A DNA stretch of 64,000 bases, taken from assembly GCA_030059665.1 (NCBI GenBank), contig JANVYR010000002.1, positions 224,001-288,000 of the forward strand, read 5' to 3'. The stretch comes from Candidatus Calditenuis fumarioli. Lineage in GTDB: Archaea > Thermoproteota > Nitrososphaeria_A > Caldarchaeales > Calditenuaceae. Positions 39,239 to 50,071 of the stretch are shown here, in pieces. The position numbers were made by a program, and so were the translations under genes. The notes beneath the pieces were generated by a model, which saw nothing but the letters and a program-made list of their open reading frames with translations, searched no databases and had not been told where the DNA came from. Numbering within the stretch: the first letter of the stretch is position 1; each line of letters begins with the position of its first letter.

Positions 39239-39865
39239 GTGCCGGAGCCTGTAAGGGTGGTCGAGGGCAAGGCGGCGCCGCTGGAGGTGGACGACGTAGA
39301 CACCGACCAGATCATCCCGGCCGAGTTCCTGAAGGTGCTCGAGCGGAGGGGCCTCGGCAGGTACCTGTTCTACCGGTGGAGGTACGAGGGAGGGAAGCTC
39401 ACGGGGAACTTCGTGCTGGACAGGCCCGAGTTCTCCGGCGCGAGGATCCTCGTCGCTGGTCGGAACTTCGGCATCGGCTCGAGCAGGGAGAACGCCGTCT
39501 GGGCCCTACTCGACTTCGGAATCAGGTGCGTGATCGCCTCCTCCTTCGGCGACATCTTCTACGGCAACGCCTCGAAGAACGGGCTGGTCTGCGTCAGGCT
39601 CAGCGACGAGGAGGTCAGGGAGATCAGGGAGAGGGCCAAGTCGGGAGAACTGGTGTTGAGGGTTGACGTGGAGAGGGGCGTCGTGGAGGCTCCCTACGGG
39701 AAGACCTACAGGTTCGAGATGGAGCCGCACGTGAGGGAGAGGCTGGTTAAGGGGCTGGACGACATAGAGATCACGCTCTCCAAGTACGGCGATGCCATAC
39801 GGAGGTACGAGGAGAACATGCCGCGCTTCATGAGGCCGAGGCTGGAGGGCTTCACCGCCGACTGA
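39239..39865 (+). CDS. leuD: 3-isopropylmalate dehydratase small subunit
   Basis: DVDTDQIIPA, NFGIGSSRENAVWAL..FG, SFGDIFYGN, GLDDI. Confidence 0.95.
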   Translation: MPEPVRVVEGKAAPLEVDDVDTDQIIPAEFLKVLERRGLGRYLFYRWRYEGGKLTGNFVLDRPEFSGARILVAGRNFGIGSSRENAVWALLDFGIRCVIASSFGDIFYGNASKNGLVCVRLSDEEVREIRERAKSGELVLRVDVERGVVEAPYGKTYRFEMEPHVRERLVKGLDDIEITLSKYGDAIRRYEENMPRFMRPRLEGFTAD

Positions 39866-39868
39866 CGG

Positions 39869-40243
39869 ATGTCCTCCCAGTCGATCAGGGTGAAAATCGA
39901 GGTAGAGCGGCTCGGGTCGTTGAGGGCCGAGCTGAAGAGGTACTTGGCACCGCTGACCTACGACGAGGTCGTCAGGTCACTCCCCCTGAGCGGGCCGGCC
40001 GCGAGGTGGGAGCACGCCGTCTACTTCCCCATCGAGCTGAGGAGGGGAGCGGAGAAGACGATCTACTCCATAAGCCCCGGAGACGTCCTTTACTGGGCCT
40101 CAGGGCCCGCGATCGTCCTGGTGATCAGGAAGGGCCCGATACCTCCGCACTCGGTGAAGCTGGGCGTGATGCTGGACGACTGCACGGTCCTCGAGCGCGT
40201 CAGGCCCGGAGACCGGATAGCGATCCATCGGGAGCAGCAGTAG
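39869..40243 (+). CDS. Cyclophilin-like fold protein
   Basis: APLT...LP..G.AARW...VYF, PGDVLYW. Confidence 0.75.
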   Translation: MSSQSIRVKIEVERLGSLRAELKRYLAPLTYDEVVRSLPLSGPAARWEHAVYFPIELRRGAEKTIYSISPGDVLYWASGPAIVLVIRKGPIPPHSVKLGVMLDDCTVLERVRPGDRIAIHREQQ

Positions 40244-40248
40244 GGTCT

Positions 40249-40605
40249 TCACTTCTTGGCGGCCTTCCTTCCCTTCTTCTTCGCCTTCGGCTCGGCGGAC
40301 TCGGCGACCTCTGCCTCGGAGGCAGCGGACGAGGACGAGACCTGAATGCCCGTGGGAGCCTTGCCGCCCACGACGGCGTAGATCCGGAGCCGGTTGGTTC
40401 CGTCGACGAGCCTGAGAAGGCCCTGGGAGGCCAGCTGGGAGAGGACGTCCTTCGCAACCGAGAGCCTCACCTTGAACTTCTCCGCGAGCATCGAGGGCGT
40501 CACGTAGCTCTGCGTCTTCAGGTAGGCCTCGATCTCCTTCATCGGAGGCAGATCTATCCCCCTGATCGTCTTCTCCCGGACCTCCTTCTTGGCGGCCTTC
40601 GACAT
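40249..40605 (-). CDS. rps25e: 30S ribosomal protein S25e
   Basis: YVTPSMLAEKFKVRLSVAKDVL..L...G winged helix, RIYA. Confidence 0.9.
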   Translation of the reverse strand: MSKAAKKEVREKTIRGIDLPPMKEIEAYLKTQSYVTPSMLAEKFKVRLSVAKDVLSQLASQGLLRLVDGTNRLRIYAVVGGKAPTGIQVSSSSAASEAEVAESAEPKAKKKGRKAAKK

Positions 40606-40664
40606 CCTCCGGACCACCTGACCTGAACGTAATAAAAGTGATGGTCTGTAGCTTGGTCCTCGTA

Positions 40665-41895
40665 CTTTCAACTCTCTTCTCGAGATTCATCGCTTACGAG
40701 GCGGGGTCCTGGACCTGCCCCTACTGCTTTCAACTCTCTTCGCGAGATTCGAGCGATGACGTGGGGGTAGAATGGAGCGATAACGTGACTTTCAACTCTC
40801 TTCGCGAGATTCGGAAGGCGAATCATAGATGAGGTGAAGAAGGGCAACATCACTTTCAACATTCTTCGCGAGATTCTTCATAAGCTCATCAGCATAGTCA
40901 GTCAGAACGTCTTTCTTTCAACTCTCTTCGCGAGATTCGTGTCCGACAGCAGCGTTCCGAGACCCGCTAACCCGCTTTCAACTCTCTTCGCGAGATTCGA
41001 GGCGCCTCGTCTCGCGCGACGAGATCGAGCGGCTCAAGGCTTTCAACTCTCTTCGCGAGATTCTCGAGCTGATACAAAAAGAACGCGATAGCGAGGATAA
41101 CCGCGCTTTCAACTCTCTTCGCGAGATTCTGGTGGCATCGATTACGAACACCAATTCAACTTATTCAACTTTCAACTCTCTTCGCGAGATTCGCGTGAAG
41201 CGGAGGGCCCTCGCCCGCCGGGGGCGGATGACGTGCTTTCAACTCTCTTCGCGAGATTCAGCATGCACATGGATGTGCACAAATATCATTTTATTAACAC
41301 TTTCAACTCTCTTCGCGAGATTCCAGGAAGCGCCGCGTGCCCTCGTCCAGCTCCTCCCCCGGCTTTCAACTCTCTTCGCGAGATTCTTTTGGTCACGATG
41401 GACGGTTTGTCGACCGTTGGGGTTGCTTTCAACTCTCTTCGCGAGATTCGACCAGGAGGTCAAGGAGGTCTTGCGGTTCGGAGGCGCTTTCAACTCTCTT
41501 CGCGAGATTCTCCCAAAGGCTCCAACGGAGAGGTGGGAGTGAGGATCATGTACTTTCAACTCTCTTCGCGAGATTCGGGCAAATGGTCAATCACGATCGA
41601 GGGGGGATACCCATCTTTCAACTCTCTTCGCGAGATTCCTCAATATAAATTTGGGTCGAATGGGGAGCTACTCAATCCGGAAGCTTTCAACTCTCTTCGC
41701 GAGATTCCCAAATTCCTTAAGGGAGAAAAGGTTCGCCTATTCCACCTTTCAACTCTCTTCGCGAGATTCCCGCTCGGCTCCCGGCGACGGGAGCACGATA
41801 AAACAGACGACACTTTCAACTCTCTTCGCGAGATTCGCGAGAGAGCTTGGCGGTCGGCGCTACCATATATCCTTTCAACTCTCTTCGCGAGATTC
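40665..41895 (-). CRISPR. CRISPR array 2: 20 repeats / 19 spacers
   Basis: Same 24-nt repeat; variant copies at 40665 and 40853 lie at the leader-distal (left) end. Confidence 0.98.
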
Positions 41896-42093
41896 CGACC
41901 CCAATTTCCGGGAATCTCGCCTTAATTTTAGGATATTTTCAGCTCAACCTCCGCCTGCCCCCGTTTTTGCAAGTGGGTATATAAAGAGCAGACGGACCTA
42001 CTTCATTACAGTTAAGTATTCCTGTAAAAGCTAATTATGCAGAACAAATGATTTCCGCGCGCTGAGGGCCGTCTTGAGAAGGCACGCAGGGCC
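41896..42093 (-). promoter_or_regulatory. CRISPR leader 2
   Basis: Near-identical to leaders 1 and 3; TTTATATA box on minus strand. Confidence 0.9.
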
Positions 42094-42323
42094 ACTCCGA
42101 TAGGCCGGTCGGGCGCTTCGGAGAAACGCGCACCCGTCTGATGGTGGCAGAGAGGTCGACGGCGCCAGGGGGTCGATCAGGACCTCGGGCTTCCCCTCCA
42201 CCCGTAGGCAGTCAGGAGCCGCCCCAACGTCGGAACGGTTCGTCATGGAGGGATCCTAACGTCATCGACCCCTTCCTTCGACGGTCTTCCCGAGGTCTGA
42301 GTCCGTCGGCGCTGTGTCCTCCG

Positions 42324-42983
42324 TCAGATTAGCTGCAACATCCCCTTGAGCGTCACCGATACCCTGAGCCTCCGCTCGGCGAGCTCAAGCCTCACGAGGT
42401 TCATGTGCTCGAGCCTTCTGACGATCTTCCACGCGGTGGTTTTGGGAATACCGAGCCGTCTCACCACCTCACCGAGCTCGACTTCCTCTCCCCCTAGATC
42501 GACGATCTCCCTCAGCACCGACATCTCCCTTCTGGGCAATGTCACCCGATCGATGTCGCCAGCGCTGAAGGCGAAGTAAGCGTCGCGGTACTCGAGGTCG
42601 ACCTCCACCTGGACCTGACCGCTGACGTCCTGGGGCAAAAGGAGTGCCGCGAGCAGGGCCTCGATCACGAGCCCCCTCATCCCGCCGCCCAGAACGAGAA
42701 CCACAGCACCGTGGTTCCCTACCGCGGAAATGAGCACGGACTTGATCGCCCTCATCGCGTCCACGAATCTGGTGGGATCCACCCTATGGACTACGGGCTC
42801 TATCCCGACGAACTTCGCCAGGAACTGCCTTAGGCTCGAGAGCGCCGCCTCCCCCCTCTCGTCCCTGGTCCCGGTCTCAGGCATGATTGCGGCAACGCCT
42901 GACAACCCCTCAGCGTAGTGTCTCAGCACCGACCTCAGGACCGGACGTTCTTCGAACCCCAACGTCGCCACGATGTACACCAT
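42324..42983 (-). CDS. csa3: CARF-HTH transcriptional regulator Csa3
   Basis: IVATLGFEE..VLR, LGGGMR.L, C-terminal wHTH (LGIPKTTAWKIVRRLE); divergent from the cas operon. Confidence 0.92.
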   Translation of the reverse strand: MVYIVATLGFEERPVLRSVLRHYAEGLSGVAAIMPETGTRDERGEAALSSLRQFLAKFVGIEPVVHRVDPTRFVDAMRAIKSVLISAVGNHGAVVLVLGGGMRGLVIEALLAALLLPQDVSGQVQVEVDLEYRDAYFAFSAGDIDRVTLPRREMSVLREIVDLGGEEVELGEVVRRLGIPKTTAWKIVRRLEHMNLVRLELAERRLRVSVTLKGMLQLI

Positions 42984-43080
42984 CCTTGTTCCCATCCTAG
43001 GCAACAATATTTAAACCAGGAGAGAAGCGACGATACAAACTTCACGAAACTTTATTAACTGCTTTTGTTTTCTACGTTCC

Positions 43081-43545
43081 ATGGGCATGGAGTCAGTCTC
43101 AGGGATTGTGAATCTTCTGAGGTTCTTCGTCGAGAGCGAGAGGTACAGCGTGGTCGACAAGTTCGCGAACGCGCTCTCCCCAGAAACCGTGTCGCAAGCC
43201 CTGTACGAGGCTCTGAGGATCGCTCGGACGCTCGAGAAGCAGGAGGTGGTTGTGACCATCAAGGACGAAAGGACCGGAAAGACGTACACCATCCCCTGCT
43301 GGGAGATCGGGAGGGTAAGCGCCCCCGGCAGGTATCCTGGCATGGTGGGCAAACTCGTAGAGGTACTAAAGGGAGATGTGAGGATCGAGCCCGGCGCCAC
43401 CGTTTACTGCGTACGGAGGGGCGAGATACCCAGTGAGGACGAGGTGAACAGGCTCCTCTCACACGAGGATCCCGTTAAGCTAGCGAAGCTGATCGCCATT
43501 CAGGCCTATGCCGAGACCAGCAGGAGGAGGGGTGAGGGCGAATGA
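43081..43545 (+). CDS. csa5: Type I-A small subunit Csa5 (Cas11)
   Basis: YSVVDKFANALSPETV..ALYEALR; first gene of the cascade operon. Confidence 0.85.
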   Translation: MGMESVSGIVNLLRFFVESERYSVVDKFANALSPETVSQALYEALRIARTLEKQEVVVTIKDERTGKTYTIPCWEIGRVSAPGRYPGMVGKLVEVLKGDVRIEPGATVYCVRRGEIPSEDEVNRLLSHEDPVKLAKLIAIQAYAETSRRRGEGE

Positions 43546-44591
43546 CGGCTTACGTCAGCCTATCCGCTAGGGTCCTGGTCAACGTCGAGGCGCTCAATAT
43601 GGCTGAGAGCGTCGGCAACTACATAAAACACAGGAGGGTCCCGGTCGTCGTCGAGGAGGACGGCTCGACGGTCGTGAAGTACGTCCCAGCGGTGAGCGGC
43701 GAGTCTGTAGGTCACGGATACCAGGCGATCCTTGGCCAGCTTGCGAGGCAGGCAGGCCTACCTGTCTGCGATAACTGCTACAAGGAGGTCTTCACGAAGC
43801 ACGCCTCAAAGGAGATGTTCGGTACCTCAGACTGGGAGCGGAAGCTCAAGGAGCTCATCGGGAAGAAGGACGGGTTCAGCCCGACGCAATTCGAGGCGGA
43901 GGTGATTAGGAACTGCGTCGTTGAGGACTTGGGAGGCTTCCTTTACGCTGAGGAGCCTTTCCAGGTCAAGAGGTCGTCCCTCTTCTCAACAGGGTACCTC
44001 ATACCAGCAGCGGACGCGCTGAGGTCGGTTGCAGTGGAACCCCAGTTCCACGTGAGGTACTCGCCGGCCAGACCAGAGGAAGGACAGGCCATCTACTACG
44101 TAGAGATCGGATCCGCCGTCTACACTTTGAGCTTCGTCATAGACGTTGCCAGGATCGGATGGACCAAGCTTGCAGAGGTCAAGGACGTGATAGGCGAGGC
44201 AGAGCGAAAGAAACGCGTTGAGGTAGCATTGAAGTCGCTCGCTGCGATGATCGTGGGTCCTCTCTTCGGAGCTAAGCGTACCAGATTCCTACCGAGCTGG
44301 GAAGTCAGGAGCATCGTCGCGGCCCTATCTGGGCCGATGCCCTTCATCACATCGCCCGGCCACACCAAGGCTTACCTCTCATCGACCGCGTTGAGGGCAA
44401 AGGAGTTCGTCAAGGCGATGAATCACGGCAACACGGACCTGAAGCAACAGGTGACGATATACTACTACAACGGCGAGGGGCTCACGACACCCTCAGAGGA
44501 CGTCTCGCCAGCCGTCCTGAAGCCAGGTTTCGCGAGCCCAGAAGAGCTGTTCGCAACGCTCATCACCGACGTGGTGGGCGTCAGTGGTTAA
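43542..44591 (+). CDS. cas7: Type I-A Cas7 (Csa2)
   Basis: VNVEALNMAESVGNY.KHR, VPAVSGESVGHGYQ, CVVEDLGGFL, VKRSS, KRTRFLP. Confidence 0.95.
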   Translation: MTAYVSLSARVLVNVEALNMAESVGNYIKHRRVPVVVEEDGSTVVKYVPAVSGESVGHGYQAILGQLARQAGLPVCDNCYKEVFTKHASKEMFGTSDWERKLKELIGKKDGFSPTQFEAEVIRNCVVEDLGGFLYAEEPFQVKRSSLFSTGYLIPAADALRSVAVEPQFHVRYSPARPEEGQAIYYVEIGSAVYTLSFVIDVARIGWTKLAEVKDVIGEAERKKRVEVALKSLAAMIVGPLFGAKRTRFLPSWEVRSIVAALSGPMPFITSPGHTKAYLSSTALRAKEFVKAMNHGNTDLKQQVTIYYYNGEGLTTPSEDVSPAVLKPGFASPEELFATLITDVVGVSG

Positions 44592-45405
44592 GGTCCTTCA
44601 CGTGAAGGCTACAGCACCTTGGGGATGGTCCATTAAGGCTCCAGGACAGTCCGCTGCGCAGACACCGATCCCTGTACCTCCCCCGAGCACTCTGTTGGGG
44701 GCCCTCGCCTACCCGTACTTCACCTCCAAGGGATGGCCGGAGCTGATTTTCGAGGATGGGGCGTACTACAGCCCGGCCTATAAGCTGCTGGAGCAGGTTA
44801 GCTATGCAGCGTTCGGGATATCGACGTCCGTTGCGACCGTCCATCAGGACCTGACCAAGAACGTCATTGCCCCTTACCTTCGGCAACCTCATCGGAAGAT
44901 CAGTTCTAACTGGTTCGGGGCGCAGGCAATGGGCAAAACCATTAACCCTAACGGCAGAATAGAGATAGCGTATGTTTTGAGACCTGGAGCTGATGAAGCT
45001 GGCCTGTTAAAGGCAGCTTGGTCGATAACTAGGCTAGGATCGAAAGAGGGAATTATAGCTGTGGAGGACGCATCGATTCAGGAAGTTGTCCCCGCAGAAA
45101 TGAGGTTAGCGACCACGTCTTTCTACGCACCCTATTCCTGTGTTGAAGTTATTGAACCTGGTGGTGAAATAATCGAGTTCTGGGATTACAGGGATCCAAG
45201 GGCCTACATTTACGGCAACACAGAGAGGCGCAGGGGGAGGGGTGCGAAGCGCGAAGAAGAACGCATACCCTCAAGCACCATGAAGTTCGTCGTCCCAATG
45301 GAGAAAGGGCCATATGGCGGAAAGATGAGCGTTAGGGTAAAGGAGGAGGGGGTAATACTCAAACTCAGAGAGACGAGCTTGATTGTTCCTCGTGATATGT
45401 TATGA
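44584..45405 (+). CDS. cas5: Type I-A Cas5
   Basis: PWGWSIK, PVPPPSTLLGALAY, ITRLGSKE. Confidence 0.92.
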   Translation: MVKVLHVKATAPWGWSIKAPGQSAAQTPIPVPPPSTLLGALAYPYFTSKGWPELIFEDGAYYSPAYKLLEQVSYAAFGISTSVATVHQDLTKNVIAPYLRQPHRKISSNWFGAQAMGKTINPNGRIEIAYVLRPGADEAGLLKAAWSITRLGSKEGIIAVEDASIQEVVPAEMRLATTSFYAPYSCVEVIEPGGEIIEFWDYRDPRAYIYGNTERRRGRGAKREEERIPSSTMKFVVPMEKGPYGGKMSVRVKEEGVILKLRETSLIVPRDML

Positions 45406-46490
45406 ACGGATTTACCATATCAATCCCACCACTCTCTACATTCGCATACAAGCTAGCCGAGTTAGCAGCGGTTTACCTCGGATTAGATCGCGAGCCGGAC
45501 CGGTTCGTCGTAACAGACCTCACGGCCTTCAAGGATCGTCTTAGACAGGTTGTCGAGACTGCCAGGGATATGCGGGTTAGGATCCAATTCACCGGGAACG
45601 ACAACAGGTATTTTGTCAGCAGCTATTCTGACTGGCTAAGATTGAACAAGTATTCTTCACCCCTTGATCTTTTATCCAAATATGCGGAAACTGTGGATAC
45701 TCTTGTAAATGATAGGAGACTATTCTCCCCGCCGAGCATCTTAAAGATAAATTTCTATGAATACGAGAGAAGAATGGGCCTGAAGGACTCCAAAGCAGAG
45801 CTGCGATTAGACGGTCACCAAATTGCGCTCTGCCTCGCAGGAGCTCACATCGCCTTAACTAACAGGGTGGGTGATAACATCGCTGTGTTTTTATTGCTTC
45901 CTCGCACGCCTTCATTGATCGTCCTGAAGGAGGGCGAGAGGCTGAGGAGAACCCATGAGCGATTGAGGGAGGCCCTGCGGCATGTCATCCGGGGAAAGGA
46001 GATTCCACCTACGAGCGTTATGCTGCTCTACCTCTCAGCCTCGCTAATCTTGAAGGGTGATGTACACGACGATGGCGTCTTCGGGTCGATGGCGCTGGTA
46101 CAGGAGAGTGGTAATAGAGCTTCGATATTATCCGTCGACGACATCACTACTCATGGTTTGGTGCGGCTGCTTAGGGATAATGAGCGCCGTGCTGCAAGCG
46201 CCTGTCTGACCCTTATCGACGCTTACTTAGACGTCAGAAGCAGGAATATGGGAAGCGATTTCGTTAGGCTAATAGAGGGATCGAGCAGTAACCTCCTCGT
46301 CTATTCGATCTCGGGCTCGCTCGATGCCCTCTACAACGCTGTCTCGGGATTCGATAGGCTCGCGAGACTATTCCGCGACCCCCAGACTGTCAGCAAGCTG
46401 CGTATGAAAGCTGAAACCGCATCATGGGTAGCCCGTTCAGCCGATATCTTGTCGGCTCACCTAGCTGAGACGTACAAGGTCTCCATATGA
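45402..46490 (+). CDS. cas8a: Type I-A large subunit Cas8a (Csa4-like)
   Basis: Position between cas5 and cas3; PSILKINFYEYER segment. Confidence 0.7.
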   Translation: MNGFTISIPPLSTFAYKLAELAAVYLGLDREPDRFVVTDLTAFKDRLRQVVETARDMRVRIQFTGNDNRYFVSSYSDWLRLNKYSSPLDLLSKYAETVDTLVNDRRLFSPPSILKINFYEYERRMGLKDSKAELRLDGHQIALCLAGAHIALTNRVGDNIAVFLLLPRTPSLIVLKEGERLRRTHERLREALRHVIRGKEIPPTSVMLLYLSASLILKGDVHDDGVFGSMALVQESGNRASILSVDDITTHGLVRLLRDNERRAASACLTLIDAYLDVRSRNMGSDFVRLIEGSSSNLLVYSISGSLDALYNAVSGFDRLARLFRDPQTVSKLRMKAETASWVARSADILSAHLAETYKVSI

Positions 46491-48316
46491 GGCACCTCTT
46501 GCAGGTTGCGGTCTCGTTCTTCGAGAAGGAGATATCTGCGGGAAGGGTGCCCCTTGTGGTAGTTGACGCGCCGACGGGTTACGGCAAGACGAGTGCCGCT
46601 CCCAAGTTCTTTGAGGCCTCCATGGATCAGCTCTCCACACGTCTTATTCACGTCCTCCCCATGAGGAGCCTAGTAAAGAGGGCGGTAAGCTACGCCGGGA
46701 AGCAAGGGCTTTTCCGCAGCCTGGGAATAGTGGATGAACAACTCGGCTACCAAGCCTCAATTGAGCTCGGAGAGCTGAAGAGCCCACAATTCCTGAGCAT
46801 GGTAATCTACTCGACCTTCGACAGCTTCGTCTACAATCTCTTCAAGCTGAACGTCGCCGAATCCATTTGGAAGGACTCAATTCATTACGAGGTACCGCGG
46901 GGGATGATATTCACAGCTACTGTTGGGCTCGATGAGGTCCATCTCTATGGAGGCGACCCTGGAGCTCCCCAACCGAAGGGCTTCGATGCCCTCATTGCCT
47001 CAATTGCAGCCCTCGCGAAGGCACTCGTTCCAACTTACGTCTTGAGCGCGACGATGCCTCGCATGCTTATCGAAGAAATCAAGCGACGTATCGACGGGAT
47101 ATTCAGCTTGAAAGGAAGACTTTCGATTGGGGTCTTCGTCTTCGACGCTTATGCAAGAGATTTGGGCAATAACTTCATCCTTGACGAGGAATACTTGTCA
47201 CAAGCTCTTAACACTCTGTGGAGAACCAGTCTCGTAGGAGATGAGGAGGAGTTCGGGAGAATGATGCTAGAGGAGGTAGGGCGTTCAGACGAGAGGCGGA
47301 AAATGCTCGTCGTGCGGAACACGCCAGAGAAGGCCGCCGAAACGTACAACCTCCTCGTACAAAGAGCTGGACTTACACCGGGAAGGGACATAGTGTTGCT
47401 GCATGGGAGGATGTGCCAAGAGGATAGAGAAAAGGCGGAGGAGGTATTGGACAGATTGGACAGCGCTAGGGTCGTAGTTGCTACACAGGTCATAGAGGCA
47501 GGTGTAACGATCAGCGGGGCCTCTATATTATTCACTGATGCAGCGGCGCCCACCTCCCTTGCTCAGAGGGCAGGGAGACTAGCGAGGAATGGTGAGACGG
47601 AGGCAGACGTGGTCGTCCTTCAAGGGGACGGTGACGGCGTCTATGAGGAGAAGCTGGTAAGGAGGACATGTGAGCTTATTCGTGCGGTCACAGACGGAGG
47701 AAGGGGAATAGATTGGAGGGTGCCAACGGTCGGGCAGAGGGCGCTCCCAAACGGACTGACAAGTTACAAAACAATCATTGAAGAAGCCTATGCTGGCGAG
47801 GAGGTGCAATCGGAAGGACGGCTTCAAACTCATCTGGAAATCCTTGATGAGGAAATACATCTAGGCGCGAGGGATGCGAAGATCGTTGAATCTCATTTCT
47901 GCGGTCTCGTAAGGGAATCGCTCTTGGTCCCCGTGTACGTCGGGCCGCTGGACGGCAACTCAGCTCCTGAAGACAAGGAGATCGAGCGATGGCTTGTTAC
48001 CTGCAGCCTCGGTTGGCTCGCCAAAAGGTTTGATCGGATCATCGAGAAAGGAGAGGATGGGTTCAAAGCCATTTTATCGATCAGACGCAAAGGGGAGACC
48101 TACAAAGCTGTGGGTCACGTAAAACTCGACGACTTCCTTTCAGCACGAGAGCAGGACTTCTGCGCGTTTTTCACCGAGCACATTAGGAGGCTTAAGCCGC
48201 TCGTCTCGCTGAAGGGAACGACAGGGGTGCCGCAGGACGCAAGTGTCTCCCTCGTCGCGTTCGTCTGCAGGGAAGGCGTTTACCTGAGGGGGCTGGGTCT
48301 CCTTGACCCGATATAG
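46487..48316 (+). CDS. cas3: Cas3' helicase
   Basis: APTGYGKT, LDEVHLY, SAT, LLHGRM, VATQVIEAGV, QRAGRLAR. Confidence 0.95.
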   Translation: MRHLLQVAVSFFEKEISAGRVPLVVVDAPTGYGKTSAAPKFFEASMDQLSTRLIHVLPMRSLVKRAVSYAGKQGLFRSLGIVDEQLGYQASIELGELKSPQFLSMVIYSTFDSFVYNLFKLNVAESIWKDSIHYEVPRGMIFTATVGLDEVHLYGGDPGAPQPKGFDALIASIAALAKALVPTYVLSATMPRMLIEEIKRRIDGIFSLKGRLSIGVFVFDAYARDLGNNFILDEEYLSQALNTLWRTSLVGDEEEFGRMMLEEVGRSDERRKMLVVRNTPEKAAETYNLLVQRAGLTPGRDIVLLHGRMCQEDREKAEEVLDRLDSARVVVATQVIEAGVTISGASILFTDAAAPTSLAQRAGRLARNGETEADVVVLQGDGDGVYEEKLVRRTCELIRAVTDGGRGIDWRVPTVGQRALPNGLTSYKTIIEEAYAGEEVQSEGRLQTHLEILDEEIHLGARDAKIVESHFCGLVRESLLVPVYVGPLDGNSAPEDKEIERWLVTCSLGWLAKRFDRIIEKGEDGFKAILSIRRKGETYKAVGHVKLDDFLSAREQDFCAFFTEHIRRLKPLVSLKGTTGVPQDASVSLVAFVCREGVYLRGLGLLDPI

Positions 48317-49169
48317 AGTATATGCTTGGCACTCGGTCCTGCTATCCAAACACCTCCTGAACGTTTACAGGGTCTTTCGCTACCTCTTCGATCCTGAAAC
48401 GCGGGTGATCGCCCGCAAGATCGCTCTCCTAAAAGCCATGAACCCTACTCCGGAATTAGAGGAGGAACTCGAAAAGGTCATTCACGTGGCAGTAATCCTT
48501 CACGACTCGGGTAAGGGTCTGGAGAAGTACCAAGAAAGGGTGAGGAACTGCATCTCTAAGGTGGGAGAACGTATCACGGATGATACGCGATGCTTCTGCA
48601 GCTTCAGATGGCACGAGACAGTTTCCGCCCAAATTTACGCGTCATATGTCCAGTACTACTTGTTGAAAAAGCTTGCAGGAGACCCGACACCCGCACACAT
48701 ATTTGCAGCGGTCGTGGGGCTCTTCTCGATCCTCCACCATCACCATGCCATGCGGTTGATCTATCAAGGTCGTTGGAGGGAAGAGGTTAACGGTTGCGGG
48801 CTAGCGGATGGAGCGGTCGACGAGATATCTTTAGCGCTCAGAGGAGCAGGGTTCCCGCCGCTTCACGAGGTCATTCCGAACTTGGACTTGGACAACGTGA
48901 GGATGGCTGGTTCTACGGCCGCAAACCAGCTGCCCCGAATCATCGAAGGTAAAGGGAAAGGGGTGGGTTTGCTGGTCGAAGAGGTGAATCGCAGCAGAAG
49001 CTCGCTCAAGTTCCACGAAATGGTCACTTCGCGGCTCGTGATAGCAGACATAATCGCATCGAGTCTCGAGAGGAGAGGGGAGTTGAAGGGTTATGCCGCC
49101 GAGCTGGCCCGCGAGCTGAGGCTCAGTATAGACGATCTTAGGGCACTTGTGGAGGGTGCGAGAGAATGA
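48303..49169 (+). CDS. cas3'': Cas3'' HD nuclease
   Basis: H..N, LHDSGK, WHE, HHHAM, IAD motifs. Confidence 0.92.
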   Translation: MTRYRVYAWHSVLLSKHLLNVYRVFRYLFDPETRVIARKIALLKAMNPTPELEEELEKVIHVAVILHDSGKGLEKYQERVRNCISKVGERITDDTRCFCSFRWHETVSAQIYASYVQYYLLKKLAGDPTPAHIFAAVVGLFSILHHHHAMRLIYQGRWREEVNGCGLADGAVDEISLALRGAGFPPLHEVIPNLDLDNVRMAGSTAANQLPRIIEGKGKGVGLLVEEVNRSRSSLKFHEMVTSRLVIADIIASSLERRGELKGYAAELARELRLSIDDLRALVEGARE

Positions 49170-50071
49170 TCTTCGAGCTCCAGGCGAGGATTCTAGTTGA
49201 CAGGCCGATAAGGTTCCAGAGCTTCTCGGGCTTCGCTGTAAGAGGCGTCTTCTACGAGCTCCTCAACAAGGTAGACGTTAATTACTCTGACCTTCTCCAC
49301 ATGGGTAAGAGCCTGGCACCGTTTGCGGTGAAACCCCTCTCCTTCGACATGGCGGCAACGCGCTACGTCTTCAGGCACATATTTCCCCACTCGAACGTCT
49401 GGCTGAGGATCCTGACCTTTGACAGAAGGGTGTTCGAGGCCTGGAGGAAAATACTGACGGAGGGAATGCTCGAGAGGGTCAGGCTGGTGGGGCACGAGTT
49501 CACGGTGGTTGAAATCAGGCTGGTCATCCACGACCCGATGGCGCTTTTCCCCGAGAACACCGCTGAATCCGATGCGGGTTTCAGGGTGAAGTTCGAGACG
49601 CCCACGTTCTTCAGGATGTCGTCGAGCACCATTACATCACAGGTCCCGAAGATATCAAAGGTATCGATCAGGAATCTCAAACCAGCATACCGCTACGTTC
49701 CTCTCCCCCTACCGAGCCTCATGTTCAGAAGCCTCGCGCGGCTCTGGACCACTTTCGTAGATCCCACGTTCAATTACCGTGAGTTCCTCGAATGGGTCGA
49801 TGCAGGGGGAATCGCGATCTCCGGTTTCCCTAGCGGGATCTACACCCAAAGGCTCTACGAGCATCCCACGCTCAACAAGTGGGTGGTCGGATTCACGGGC
49901 ACCGTTTACTACTCCATTCCGGAGGACCTCCGCCAAAAGCGGATGGTGAGGACGGCAATGGGGCTGCTCAAATTCGGTGAGCTCTCGAACGTCGGAGGGG
50001 GTCGAACAGCTGGCTTCGGTTCCATGAAGTTGATTCAAAATCAGCGGGTGAAGGGAAGGTGTTCTTCCTGA
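49166..50071 (+). CDS. cas6: Cas6 crRNA endoribonuclease
   Basis: FETPTFF; C-terminal G-loop NVGGGRTAGFG. Confidence 0.95.
   Translation: MIFELQARILVDRPIRFQSFSGFAVRGVFYELLNKVDVNYSDLLHMGKSLAPFAVKPLSFDMAATRYVFRHIFPHSNVWLRILTFDRRVFEAWRKILTEGMLERVRLVGHEFTVVEIRLVIHDPMALFPENTAESDAGFRVKFETPTFFRMSSSTITSQVPKISKVSIRNLKPAYRYVPLPLPSLMFRSLARLWTTFVDPTFNYREFLEWVDAGGIAISGFPSGIYTQRLYEHPTLNKWVVGFTGTVYYSIPEDLRQKRMVRTAMGLLKFGELSNVGGGRTAGFGSMKLIQNQRVKGRCSS

Noticed and set aside
42094-42323. Possible gene or RNA between leader 2 and csa3
   Set aside because: No convincing ORF, repeat or stable motif found
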